The notes beneath the pieces were generated by a model. That model saw only the letters and a program-made list of their open reading frames with translations. It was not told the origin of the DNA and did not search any database. A program made the position numbers and the translations under genes. From NCBI GenBank assembly GCA_049516875.1, contig JBEKSS010000001.1:64001-128000 (forward strand): a DNA stretch of 64,000 nt. The letters are read 5' to 3'. Position 1 is the first letter of the stretch. The number at the start of each line of letters is the position of its first letter. Of the stretch, positions 49,438-59,240 are shown one piece after another. Source of the stretch: Candidatus Bathyarchaeia archaeon. Lineage in GTDB: Archaea > Thermoproteota > Bathyarchaeia > Bathyarchaeales > Bathycorpusculaceae.

Positions 49438-50127
49438 ATGATTTGCAGGTTGTTTGTCTTTAGGCACGCTGAGACAACTGATAACAGCCGTGGAATATTC
49501 TCGGGCTGGCGAGACCCAGAACTCACTTTAAAGGGACTTTCACAAGCACAAGAGATTGCACAGCAGCTAAAGCGAGACAAGATTGACTATGCATTTTCCT
49601 CACATCTCAAAAGAGCCCGCAAAACTCTTGAAATAGTCCTCGAGAAACATTCTGCCATTCGTGTTTTCACGGACGACCGGCTCATCGAACGTTGCTATGG
49701 CCTGCTTCAGGGCAAAAGCAAGAGAAAGATTGCCAACGAAAGGCCTGAATGGTTTGCCAAAATTCATCGGGGTTACGATTTTCCACCACCTGAGGGAGAA
49801 AGCCTAAGGATGGTCGAAAATCGAACTTTGCCCTTTCTGGTCCAGCTTGAAGAGTGGCTCCGACGAAACCCAGGTAACATAGCTATCTCCTGCCATGGCA
49901 ACTCTTTGCGCCCAATACGTCGAGTCTTTGAGCACCTTAGCCTTAGACAAATGCTTCAGATAGAGAATCCCCAAAACCGTGCAATGTCTTACGCCCTTCA
50001 TGTCCACAGTGTTAATATTGGAAGCCGTAGAAAGAGCATCATTGAAGCGGATTGGCGAGGAATACTGGTTCCTCGCCAAGTGAAATTGGCAACAGATCAG
50101 CGGAACGCGCTGAAGAGATATTACTAG
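49438..50127 (+). CDS. Histidine phosphatase / 2,3-BPG-dependent phosphoglycerate mutase-like
   Basis: RHAET, FSGWRD, ERCYG.LQG, GESL, HGNSLR. Confidence 0.85.
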   Translation: MICRLFVFRHAETTDNSRGIFSGWRDPELTLKGLSQAQEIAQQLKRDKIDYAFSSHLKRARKTLEIVLEKHSAIRVFTDDRLIERCYGLLQGKSKRKIANERPEWFAKIHRGYDFPPPEGESLRMVENRTLPFLVQLEEWLRRNPGNIAISCHGNSLRPIRRVFEHLSLRQMLQIENPQNRAMSYALHVHSVNIGSRRKSIIEADWRGILVPRQVKLATDQRNALKRYY

Positions 50128-50288
50128 TTCCCAATAGCGCGCTCAGGACTTTGACGCAAATATCAAAACGACGTACTAAGCTGGCAGAATCAAGAAAGAC
50201 AGCAAACGAAACTATCGAAAATAACGAAGGATGAAGCTTTGAGAAAAGAGAGGAAGCACGCGCTCCTATGCTACTCCCTTTTCAAATG

Positions 50289-50867
50289 TTAGTAGTTCTC
50301 GCACCAGATTTCGAAGTAGCTTCTCGGATGGCTGCAGACAGGGCATTTTTCTGGAGCTTCTGAGCTTTCAAACACGAAGCCACAGTTTCTGCACTTCCAC
50401 TTTGTCGGAGCGTCTCTTTTGAATACTTTGTTCGTTTCCACATTTGCTAGCAGTTTTCTATATCGCCGTTCATGATATGCCTCAACCTTTGCAACCGACC
50501 TAAATGTTTTCGCAACATCTATGAAACCCTCTTGTTCAGCTGTTTCTGCAAAGCCAGGATATAGTGTACCCCATTCCAGCTTTTCACCTTCTGCTGCAGC
50601 TCTCAGATTCTCGGCTGTAGATCCGATTATGCCTGCTGGATAGGAAGCGGTGATCTCGGCTGTTCCGCCTTTCAGGTGTGTGAAGAACAGTTTGGCGTGT
50701 TCTTTCTCGTTGTCAGAGGTTTCCTCGAAAATGCCTGCTATCTGCTCGTATCCTTCCTTTCTGGCTGCGCTGGCGAAGAAAGTGTACCTAGTTCTTGCCT
50801 GTGATTCACCGGCAAATGCTGCTAACACGTTTTTCTCGGTTCGGCTTCCTTTAAATTCCATATCCAT
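50289..50867 (-). CDS. rbr: Rubrerythrin
   Basis: [21 protein letters not shown]...CPVC. Confidence 0.95.
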   Translation of the reverse strand: MDMEFKGSRTEKNVLAAFAGESQARTRYTFFASAARKEGYEQIAGIFEETSDNEKEHAKLFFTHLKGGTAEITASYPAGIIGSTAENLRAAAEGEKLEWGTLYPGFAETAEQEGFIDVAKTFRSVAKVEAYHERRYRKLLANVETNKVFKRDAPTKWKCRNCGFVFESSEAPEKCPVCSHPRSYFEIWCENY

Positions 50868-51008
50868 TCCATTTTCACCTCCCTATATTCATATGTCAAT
50901 CGCGCGCTGTGTGTTCCAAATCGTCAAAAAATGGGTACACTTTGTTGCCTGCATGGAGACTGGGTTTCATCATTTCTTTCCTCGAACCTGGTGACATCAA
51001 CGTATTAA

Positions 51009-51428
51009 CTAGACCAGTAGAGTTACGTCTGCATCTTTTGCTATATTGAGGAACGTTGTCGCACCTGCCATTTCATCTACTTCTGGAATCAGGTCTTCTC
51101 TTTTGATACCGAACATTTCCATGCTCGGAGTGCAGGCGTATATCTTCAAGAGCCCAGAAGTCTTCATCCTTTTCAGTAGCTCGTAGGGCGTCGGGTACTT
51201 CATCTGCTTTAGTTTTTCTCTCATTTGTTTCTCCATGTTCTTGTAGTCACTTGGCAAGCCCACTTTCTCCATTGCTCCTTTGACAAGCGCGCTAAGACCC
51301 CAAAAAGTGAAGTAAAGGTGTGCTTCCCATCCCATTGTAGTTGCGGTCGACCCCAGTATGAAGGCACAATAGAGTTTGTCCAGCGTTCCACTATGAACGA
51401 TCAATGCCAGTTTCTTCTTTTCAGACAT
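51009..51428 (-). CDS. DsrE/DsrF/DrsH-like protein
   Basis: LYFTFWG, IYAC..SM. Confidence 0.88.
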   Translation of the reverse strand: MSEKKKLALIVHSGTLDKLYCAFILGSTATTMGWEAHLYFTFWGLSALVKGAMEKVGLPSDYKNMEKQMREKLKQMKYPTPYELLKRMKTSGLLKIYACTPSMEMFGIKREDLIPEVDEMAGATTFLNIAKDADVTLLV

Positions 51429-51574
51429 AAGGTTACCTCCAATATTCTTTGGGTTAGAGGGCAATATGACATATGTCATATTTATGCTTTCTGCAAGAAG
51501 TGAATGCAATTTTTCCACGAATGTGGTGCGCTAATCGAATTCGTTCCGTACAATGCGGTTTTCATCGTTTAAGT

Positions 51575-51724
51575 ATGGAGGTGAGAATTGACAAAATCAA
51601 TGCGATCGCGATGGCTATTGCACTTATCTCAGTTGTTGTGACAGTGCTCTGGCTACGCGTGCTCCATTTCATCCTGACAGAACAAACGTGCTATCCAAGA
51701 CTTAATGAGGAAGACAGTTCGTAA
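51575..51724 (+). CDS. Possible small single-TM protein
   Basis: One hydrophobic helix; GGAGGTGA near start. Confidence 0.3.
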   Translation: MEVRIDKINAIAMAIALISVVVTVLWLRVLHFILTEQTCYPRLNEEDSS

Positions 51725-51954
51725 GAGTATTGAGAGAGTCCGTTTGTGAGCAGGCGTAGACGGTTTGACAGGCTCGAATGCCAGGGTTGTATTTACAAGG
51801 CGAGCACGTATTGTTGGAGACAGTGTCCGTACAACATTTGGAAGAGAGAAGAATACTGAAGCGCACGGTAAACGATTGCAGCGACTTCATACCCCCCTTG
51901 TACGGTTTTGTATTGCCTGGAAGGGGTGGCTGGGGACGGCGGTTTTCGGACTAG

Positions 51955-53352
51955 TTAGAGGTTGTATTCTTCCATGTATGCTGGTGCGCTCACTTGCCAT
52001 CCGCCCTTAGAACGAAGATAGTTCTCTAAGCTTAGAATCGATTCCTCTTCGCCATGGGTCAGGAAAACGTGCTTCGGCGGGGATTTGAAGTTGCTGAGCC
52101 AGCGTTGCAGGTCGTTCATGCCGGCGTGAGCGGAAAAGCCATCGATTCTCTCGATCTTCATCTGCACCGGATAAAACTGGCCGAGGATTCTGACGGGAGA
52201 AACACCGTCTAAGATTTGCCGTCCCAACGTCCCAGCTGCTTGGTACCCCACAAAAAGAAGCGTGGATTCTGGACGAGTTATCTCTCTGACCAAGTGATGT
52301 TTGATTCGTCCTCCTGTAATCATCCCCGAACCGGCCATGATGATGGTTGATCCTTTGATGAGGTTGATAGCCTTGGATGCTTCAACAGATTCAGCGAGCC
52401 TCAACCCCGGAAAGTCAAAGGGGGATTGACCATCCTTGAAGAGTTCCTGCGTCTCTTTGTCGAAATACTCCTTGAATTGTTCAAAGACCTTCGTGATTTC
52501 AACAGCCATGGGGCTGTCGAGAAATGTCACAACGTAAGGGATCCTTTGTGCACGCGCCAAGCGGTTGAAGTGGTACAACAGATCTTGGGCACGCTCAATG
52601 GCGAAGGTGGGGATGAGGACGTTCCCGCGTGCCTTTACTGTGTCATTGACGACCTTGCTGAGCTTATCATCAATGTCTTGGGGATTGTCGTGGTTGCGAT
52701 CTCCGTAGGTGGACTCCATGACCACGTAATCCGCTCGATCAAAGACAGATGGATTGCCCAGAAGAGGCTTATCCCACTGGCCAATATCCCCAGAGAAGAT
52801 GATGTTCCGCGACCCGTTCTCATCTTGCACAATTATCTCAATCATGGCCGAGCCGAGGATGTGGCCGGCATCGTGGAAACATACCTTGACTCGGTCGTTC
52901 AGCGGCAGAAATTCTTCATAGGGAACCTCCTTCAGAAGAGGAAAACACTTTTGGGCATCTTGGACTGTGTACAGGGGGATTTCCGGGTATGGTCCGGCCC
53001 GGCCTTCCTTGTCATGGCGTTTTTTCTTGAAGGCAGCATCTTCTTCCTGCATTCTAGCAGAATCCAAAATCACGATGGGAAAAAGCGCTTTGGATGCGGG
53101 GGTCAGCAGGATGTCTCCGGAAAATCCTTCCTTGACAAACTTGGGAACAAGTCCGGAGTGGTCCAAGTGAACATGAGTGAGCAGGAGAAAATGAATCTGG
53201 TCTGGAGGAACGGGGAAGGCCTCCCAGTTTCTGTAGGAATAGTCCCTCTCCTGAAACAATCCGCAATCGACAAGGATCTTCACTCCGTCAGCATCCAGAA
53301 AGTAGCTTGATCCCGTCACTTGACGCGTTGCGCCCAAGAATTTTATCTTCAT
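51955..53352 (-). CDS. MBL/beta-CASP ribonuclease
   Basis: THVHLDH, AGHILGS, SGD, MESTYG, FSAHA, HGE. Confidence 0.92.
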   Translation of the reverse strand: MKIKFLGATRQVTGSSYFLDADGVKILVDCGLFQERDYSYRNWEAFPVPPDQIHFLLLTHVHLDHSGLVPKFVKEGFSGDILLTPASKALFPIVILDSARMQEEDAAFKKKRHDKEGRAGPYPEIPLYTVQDAQKCFPLLKEVPYEEFLPLNDRVKVCFHDAGHILGSAMIEIIVQDENGSRNIIFSGDIGQWDKPLLGNPSVFDRADYVVMESTYGDRNHDNPQDIDDKLSKVVNDTVKARGNVLIPTFAIERAQDLLYHFNRLARAQRIPYVVTFLDSPMAVEITKVFEQFKEYFDKETQELFKDGQSPFDFPGLRLAESVEASKAINLIKGSTIIMAGSGMITGGRIKHHLVREITRPESTLLFVGYQAAGTLGRQILDGVSPVRILGQFYPVQMKIERIDGFSAHAGMNDLQRWLSNFKSPPKHVFLTHGEEESILSLENYLRSKGGWQVSAPAYMEEYNL

Positions 53353-53562
53353 TAACCTTCCCCTCAGGTTCACATTTCTTGTTTCCGCCCTATCAGTTCT
53401 TCGTCTCACTATTCAATAGGTGCACGTTGGATTTCTTAAACTCTGACCAATCGATGCTGGAGGAAGTTGGGCTAGAGTTGCAGGAATTCATGACGCCGTT
53501 ACGGCATCCTATAACGCTCGGAAAAGCTTGATTGGAGCAATTCGAAAGAGAAGAATGCGGAG

Positions 53563-53636
53563 TGGACCGGTGGGGACTTGAACCCCAGACCTCCTGAGTG
53601 CAAGTCAGGCATTCATACCAACTGAACTACCGGCCC
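53563..53636 (-). tRNA. tRNA-Ala(TGC)
   Basis: Reverse complement GGGCCGG...CCTGA CT TGC AC TCAGG...GGTTCAAGTCC CCACCGGTCCA; G3:U70 pair. Confidence 0.95.
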
Positions 53637-53879
53637 ATTCTTTGCATGCTCTACAAGAGACGAGCACCAAGAAATTTAGAGCTTTCGGTCTCACTTTTCC
53701 GCGTCTTGTGCACGAACATCAACCCAAAACTTTCGCATGCGAAGCCATCCAAAACATGCCACGCAAAGGCAGTATGGAACATTGCCCTGCAATTAAGAAC
53801 AGAATCATAGCCTAAAGCGTTCACACTGTAAAAAGAAAAGAGGATAGAAGGGCAGATTCGATAAAGCAATTAGCTTGAC

Positions 53880-54020
53880 TTAGAATCTTCTTCTTGAATT
53901 TCTTCTCTTGGACCAACACTCTCGGCAGTAAACCGGTCTGCTTGTGTCAGGCTTGAAGGGAACTTCGCATTCCTTTCCACAATCAGCGCAAACTGCCTTG
54001 TGCATCTCTTTCTCTGCCAT
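53880..54020 (-). CDS. CxxC-x17-CxxC zinc-ribbon protein (46 aa)
   Basis: Below ORF cutoff: MAEKEMHKAVCADCGKECEVPFKPDTSRPVYCRECWSKRR; GGAG SD. Confidence 0.88.
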   Translation of the reverse strand: MAEKEMHKAVCADCGKECEVPFKPDTSRPVYCRECWSKRRNSRRRF

Positions 54021-54305
54021 TTTACGATTTCAACTCCTTTACTTGTTTTGTGCAAAAATCGCTTCTTGCACGACGCAATTACCACATGCCTTAGAGACTT
54101 ATAAAACTTGTCGTAGGAATGGCAACTGAGCGCATTCGAGTTGCTATTAACTCTTAACCAATTTTTTCGACGACAACGGACAAAATGCCCCCGCTACAGC
54201 GAGATAATCTGAAACCAAGAATTCGCCAATCCTATTTCCCTTCATTAGCGGCAAGCCTTTAAATACAATCCCACATTCTTAGGATTCTTCCAAACGGTGT
54301 AGCAG

Positions 54306-55403
54306 ATGGTTGATCAAAGAATCGAAAAACTCGCGCAACTCTCCGTCCACTACAGCGTCAACGTGAAACCACACGAAAAAGTCCTTATACAAGGCACTGA
54401 ACAAGCTTTTCCACTAATCAACGAACTTTACAAAGAATGCCTGCTGAGCGACGCCTACCCGACTGTCATTCCAAACCTTAACGTTCAATACACGTTCTAC
54501 AAGTACGCAAAAGAACATCAACTGAAATTCGTCTCACCCCTTGAAAAATTCGTATTAGAGAACTTTGACGTCAGCATAGGCATATTCTGCGAACCAAACC
54601 CGAAAGGGCTCTCAAACATAGACCCAGATAGAATAAGGATGCGGTCAGCTTCAAGAAAAGAACTAGCAGAAATCTTCTTCAAGCGAGTGGCAGAGGGCAA
54701 GCTCAGATGGACAGGCCTGCCCTACCCGATAGACGCTCAAGCACAAGAAGCCGCCATGTCGATTGAAGAATACGAAGACTTCGTTTACAGCGGCTGCCTC
54801 GTCGACAAAGAAGACCCGGCTGCAGAATGGAAGAAAGTGCACGAGCAACAACAGAGAATCTGCGATTTCCTAAACCAAGCAAGAGAGATTCACATGATCG
54901 GAGAAGACACGGATTTAACCTTCAACGTCAAAGGCAGAAAATGGATAAACTGCAGCGGAAAAGAGAACATGCCAGACGGAGAAGTCTTCACGGCACCTGT
55001 CGAAAACTCTGTGAACGGGACAATAAGGTTCACGTTCCCAGGGATAGTCTCTGGCAGAGAGGTTGAAGACATAAGGCTCACCTTCAAAGACGGCAAAGTA
55101 GTAAAGGCTTCAGCAGCAAAGGGTGACGAGCTGCTTCAACAACTCCTAAAGGTCGAAGGCACAGACCATGTTGGAGAAGCCGCAATCGGAACCAACTACA
55201 GAATAACCAAATTTACGAAAAGCATGCTTTTCGACGAAAAAATTGGCGGCACAGTACACATGGCCCTGGGCAACTCATACCCAGAATCAGGCGGCAAGAA
55301 CCACTCAGCAATCCACTGGGACATACTCAAAGACATGAAAAAAGACGGAGAGATACACGCAGACGACAAACCGTTCTACAAAAACGGCAAATTCCTCATA
55401 TAG
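54306..55403 (+). CDS. M29 aminopeptidase
   Basis: NMPDGEVFTAP, GEAAIG, FDEK, HMALG, SAIHWD. Confidence 0.93.
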   Translation: MVDQRIEKLAQLSVHYSVNVKPHEKVLIQGTEQAFPLINELYKECLLSDAYPTVIPNLNVQYTFYKYAKEHQLKFVSPLEKFVLENFDVSIGIFCEPNPKGLSNIDPDRIRMRSASRKELAEIFFKRVAEGKLRWTGLPYPIDAQAQEAAMSIEEYEDFVYSGCLVDKEDPAAEWKKVHEQQQRICDFLNQAREIHMIGEDTDLTFNVKGRKWINCSGKENMPDGEVFTAPVENSVNGTIRFTFPGIVSGREVEDIRLTFKDGKVVKASAAKGDELLQQLLKVEGTDHVGEAAIGTNYRITKFTKSMLFDEKIGGTVHMALGNSYPESGGKNHSAIHWDILKDMKKDGEIHADDKPFYKNGKFLI

Positions 55404-55472
55404 TACACCATTTCTTTAACTTCAAAACATCATCTTGGTAGAACACAACGTGCCAACGTAGTGATTCTTACG

Positions 55473-56774
55473 ATGAAGAATGCCGAAACCGAGAATGCTG
55501 AACAAGCATCCTCCAGAGGAACGTTCTTCAACCTGAGCCTTTTCGAGTTCCTAACATTCCTCCGAAGAGGAGTCTTCTACACTTTCATGATAAACTACCT
55601 GTACCTGCTAATGGGGACAGTCACATCAACGGCAACGCTTGGAACTCTGAACATGATAGCTTCCTCAATAGGCCAAAACCTGCTGTGGGGAAGAATATGC
55701 GATCGCTACAAACTGAGGGCAAAACTGATAGTGGCAGGGGAAACAATCGCAGCGTTCTCGTATATGATTGTGTTCTGGGCACATAGGTCGCTAATTGCAG
55801 CTGGAAACAACTTTGAAGCAGGCTTGACGATCATAATCGGACTGTCAATCCTAGAGTTTTTCTGGTCAATGTCAGATGTAGGGTGGGCCGCGTTGCTCAC
55901 AGATATTACAACTCCTCAAACACGAGGCAGAATAATAGGCATGATGAACTTCATCGCTTCTTCAGGCCGAATGGTCGGCATACTCTTCGCAGGCTTCCTC
56001 TACAATGACGGTGGAGGGTTTAGAAGTGGAACAATCTTCTACATCGTAACAATTCTTCTGTTCATAGGCGCGGCATTGATGACTTTGATCTCCAGAGGCA
56101 TAAAGGCAAAGAGCACCCGTGAAGAACAAGCAACGACAAACAACGGAGAAGTTACAAACGGCAAACGCAACGAACAAGACGCGAGAACATACCGTTGGTT
56201 TCTAGTCGCTCTCGTAGTAATAATCCTGGGCGCCGCCTCGATAAACCAGATATTCCTTCTTTTCTTACCACTCAAAGGAGGCTTGAACGCCACAGACCCT
56301 GAAATGAGCCTAATATTGACTGCATGGACCATAGGCGGGATGATTGCCAGTCTTGCTGCAGGAAGACTTTCGGACAAGATTGGAAGAGCCCAAGTCCTGT
56401 TGCTAGGGCTAGTCTTAGCAATTCTCACGCCTTTGTTTTTCAACCTTGCTCACAGTGTTCCCTCGATGGCTTTGGTCTACGGAATAAACGGCGTGTCATT
56501 CTGGACCATACAAACAGTAGGCTTCGTGTTCAGCAGCGACCTCATTCCAGAGCATCGAAGAGGACGATTGCTCAGCCGGTATAACGCGGTCATGGCTTTA
56601 AGCTGGGGACCAGCTGGAGTCCTAATAGGAGGCCCACTTGCAGACATTCAAGTCAAAAGCCTCGGCCTATCGGCATATGCAGCTTACGTGAACACGTTCT
56701 ACGCATCGTCAATAATCCTAGCGTTCGGCACAATTCTCTTCGCCGTGAAGGTTGCAAGGTTCAAACGTAAATAA
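55473..56774 (+). CDS. MFS transporter
   Basis: GRICDRY, GRLSDKIGR, ~12 TM. Confidence 0.9.
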   Translation: MKNAETENAEQASSRGTFFNLSLFEFLTFLRRGVFYTFMINYLYLLMGTVTSTATLGTLNMIASSIGQNLLWGRICDRYKLRAKLIVAGETIAAFSYMIVFWAHRSLIAAGNNFEAGLTIIIGLSILEFFWSMSDVGWAALLTDITTPQTRGRIIGMMNFIASSGRMVGILFAGFLYNDGGGFRSGTIFYIVTILLFIGAALMTLISRGIKAKSTREEQATTNNGEVTNGKRNEQDARTYRWFLVALVVIILGAASINQIFLLFLPLKGGLNATDPEMSLILTAWTIGGMIASLAAGRLSDKIGRAQVLLLGLVLAILTPLFFNLAHSVPSMALVYGINGVSFWTIQTVGFVFSSDLIPEHRRGRLLSRYNAVMALSWGPAGVLIGGPLADIQVKSLGLSAYAAYVNTFYASSIILAFGTILFAVKVARFKRK

Positions 56775-56822
56775 GATTAAGTCCAAAGGCCGTATACTAG
56801 CAAAGTAAGCAGGAAAATCATC

Positions 56823-57311
56823 ATGTTGGAGTTCAAAACTGTCAGGATTGAAGCACGTGAAGGTTGCAACGTGATTCTGGGCATGGCGCACTTCATCAAA
56901 ACTGTTGAAGACCTGTACGAAGCATTGGTTAACGCTGTTCCAAACATAAAGTTTGGTATAGGTTTCTGCGAAAGCTCAGGTCCATGCCTAGTGAGACATG
57001 AGGGAACCGATGAGGAGTTGAGGCAACTGGCAGCAAAGACTGCACTTGAAATTGGATGCGGCCACAGCTTCATTATCTTTCTGAAAAACGCCTACCCCAT
57101 AAACGTCCTGGACAAGGTTAAAGAAGTTCCAGAAGTCTGTACAGTATATGCCGCAACAGCAAACCCCTTAGAAATCATCATTGTAGAGACACAGCAAGGT
57201 AGGGGAATAATCGGCGTAGTTGACGGATCAAAGAGCAAAGACATAGAAACTGAGCGAGACATCAAAGAAAGGAAAGAGTTTCTGCGGAAAATAGGTTACA
57301 AGCTAAACTAG
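56823..57311 (+). CDS. Adenosine-specific kinase family (DUF355)
   Basis: [30 protein letters not shown]. Confidence 0.9.
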   Translation: MLEFKTVRIEAREGCNVILGMAHFIKTVEDLYEALVNAVPNIKFGIGFCESSGPCLVRHEGTDEELRQLAAKTALEIGCGHSFIIFLKNAYPINVLDKVKEVPEVCTVYAATANPLEIIIVETQQGRGIIGVVDGSKSKDIETERDIKERKEFLRKIGYKLN

Positions 57312-57476
57312 GCTCCCAGCATGCAATTCGTTTCAAGCCAGGTCTGTAAGAAAAACTGTTGTGGAAAAGGACAAAGCAGGGCGAAGATGCCCTTGGATAC
57401 AGCCTTAGCGAAGGTTGAAACGCGTGAATCGATGCTAAGATGCTAAGACGATTAATGTACGAAGCTATACTATGCC

Positions 57477-57743
57477 CTACTTGTTCATAGCTAGTTCCTG
57501 CTGAAATTCAAAAGACACTCTCTCTTTCATTCTTTCTGACGTGTACGCAACCAATTGTTTGAACTGACGCTCTGTCAAAACGTGACTCGCTCTTGATAGA
57601 ATTTCGAGACAGACCTCTTTAAAGACCAAATCAGCGCAACCCTGCTTTGCGTCGTCAATCAATTCTTTGCAAGCTTGAAAGATTTGTTCGTTCAAAGGCA
57701 ACTCACCCTGCAGACACAACTGACTTCTTGAAACATTAAACAT
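57477..57743 (-). CDS. Hypothetical protein
   Basis: 88-aa helical ORF in an otherwise empty gap. Confidence 0.55.
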   Translation of the reverse strand: MFNVSRSQLCLQGELPLNEQIFQACKELIDDAKQGCADLVFKEVCLEILSRASHVLTERQFKQLVAYTSERMKERVSFEFQQELAMNK

Positions 57744-57939
57744 TTATGAATTCAGAAGCAGAATCGGAAATTCATCCAACACTGCCAGAAAATCATGTCC
57801 AAACCCTCCTTTTCACACAGTAGAATCAACCTCTGCTCCGCAGACCTTCGTCACAGATAGGCGGTCAAAAGTGCTAAAGCGCGCGCTAAGCTTATAAAAT
57901 ACTATTTTTAATTAGATACTAAAAAGGAAGAATGAACCC

Positions 57940-58479
57940 ATGGACAACCCAGTTTTGGATGCCATCAAGAAAAGGCGAACAGTTGTCAGATTCGAAAGCA
58001 CCGACGTAGAGCAGGACAAGATTGAAGACATCCTGGAGGCCGGACGGTGGGCACCTTCCTGGCTTAACAAGCAGCCTTGGAACTTCATAGTCATACGAGA
58101 TCCGAAAACGAGAGAACAACTAAGCGAGGTAGTTCCTACAACCTTTGTTCAAGGACTGAAAGAAGCGCCAGTTTGCATCGCAGTCACTGTCGATACTGAT
58201 GAAGACCCGTATCACTTTGTGGAAGACGGAGCCATAGCCACACAGAACATGGCCCTCGCCGTTCACAGTCTGAGACTGCAGTCCTCTTGGATTGGCATCT
58301 TTGACGTGAAGAACCAGAGAAACTCAGCCGAAGCCAAAGTGAAAAAGATTCTGGACATCCCGAAAAACCACCGTATGATAACACTTCTACCAATCGGTCA
58401 CGTTAAGAACGATATTCCGAAAAAGGACAGAAAGGAACTGCGCCACATAGTCTATAAAGAGAAATTTGGAAAACGCTGA
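57940..58479 (+). CDS. Nitroreductase family protein
   Basis: RRTV, APSWLNKQPW, QNMALA. Confidence 0.92.
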   Translation: MDNPVLDAIKKRRTVVRFESTDVEQDKIEDILEAGRWAPSWLNKQPWNFIVIRDPKTREQLSEVVPTTFVQGLKEAPVCIAVTVDTDEDPYHFVEDGAIATQNMALAVHSLRLQSSWIGIFDVKNQRNSAEAKVKKILDIPKNHRMITLLPIGHVKNDIPKKDRKELRHIVYKEKFGKR

Positions 58480-58601
58480 ACCATCCAAGTCTGTTTTGGC
58501 TTCTGAACATTTTCCCAAATTTTTCATTTGGTCCACTCAATCATGACAATTCCTAAATAACTACAATTGCCTAAAATAATACTGGAACAAGGAAGGAGTG
58601 C

Positions 58602-59126
58602 ATGGGATATCTCGCAGTCTGGAAAGTACTGGAGGAAATGGTTACCGATTTCAAGAAAAAGGGAATAACCGTTCCAGCAGACATAATTGGCGACTTGAAA
58701 AACGCAAAGACAATAATCAGCATTTCGAAAGCTGACCCAAGCCGCGGAGAAAACATTCTGAAAATTGAGGAATACCTAGGAAACGTAGAATCCTACCTAG
58801 TTTCTGAAGGGCTGAAAAGGGTCGGCCAAGCATACGTTGATGAATGGCTTGAACGGACAGACCAAGCTGGCCGAAAAATCGTTGACGAAGAAGAAGAGGA
58901 AACGAGGTTTATTTCCAGCCTGCCCAGAGAACAGAAGTGGATCCGTCTCACACCGTCAAGAGAACTGCCCCTCCAAAAACTGAAAACTCTTGCAAATGAA
59001 TCGAATCTCTCTCACCATGTTCAAACCGATGGATGCCTGCTTGTCTTTGGCCCAGACACGGTCATAAAGGATTTTGTCAAGAAGATTGCTGCAAAGTACA
59101 AGTCGAAAGCTGGAAAAGAACACTGA
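58602..59126 (+). CDS. DUF2096-like protein
   Basis: WKVLEEM..D...DLKNAK..I pattern. Confidence 0.65.
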   Translation: MGYLAVWKVLEEMVTDFKKKGITVPADIIGDLKNAKTIISISKADPSRGENILKIEEYLGNVESYLVSEGLKRVGQAYVDEWLERTDQAGRKIVDEEEEETRFISSLPREQKWIRLTPSRELPLQKLKTLANESNLSHHVQTDGCLLVFGPDTVIKDFVKKIAAKYKSKAGKEH

Positions 59127-59240
59127 AAAGTACGTAACTGTTAAAGCTTGGAGACACAGTAAATGTTTTTATAAAAACGCGAAACAGATGTCTATGATGA
59201 GATAGGGGCATGTTCCGGAGAAAGCGAGGGTGCAAACTGA

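Noticed and set aside
52426-53310. Long antisense ORFs (294 aa here; also 30549-31328, 523-918 and 919-1278)
   Set aside because: They shadow well-supported genes on the opposite strand and carry no recognisable motifs.
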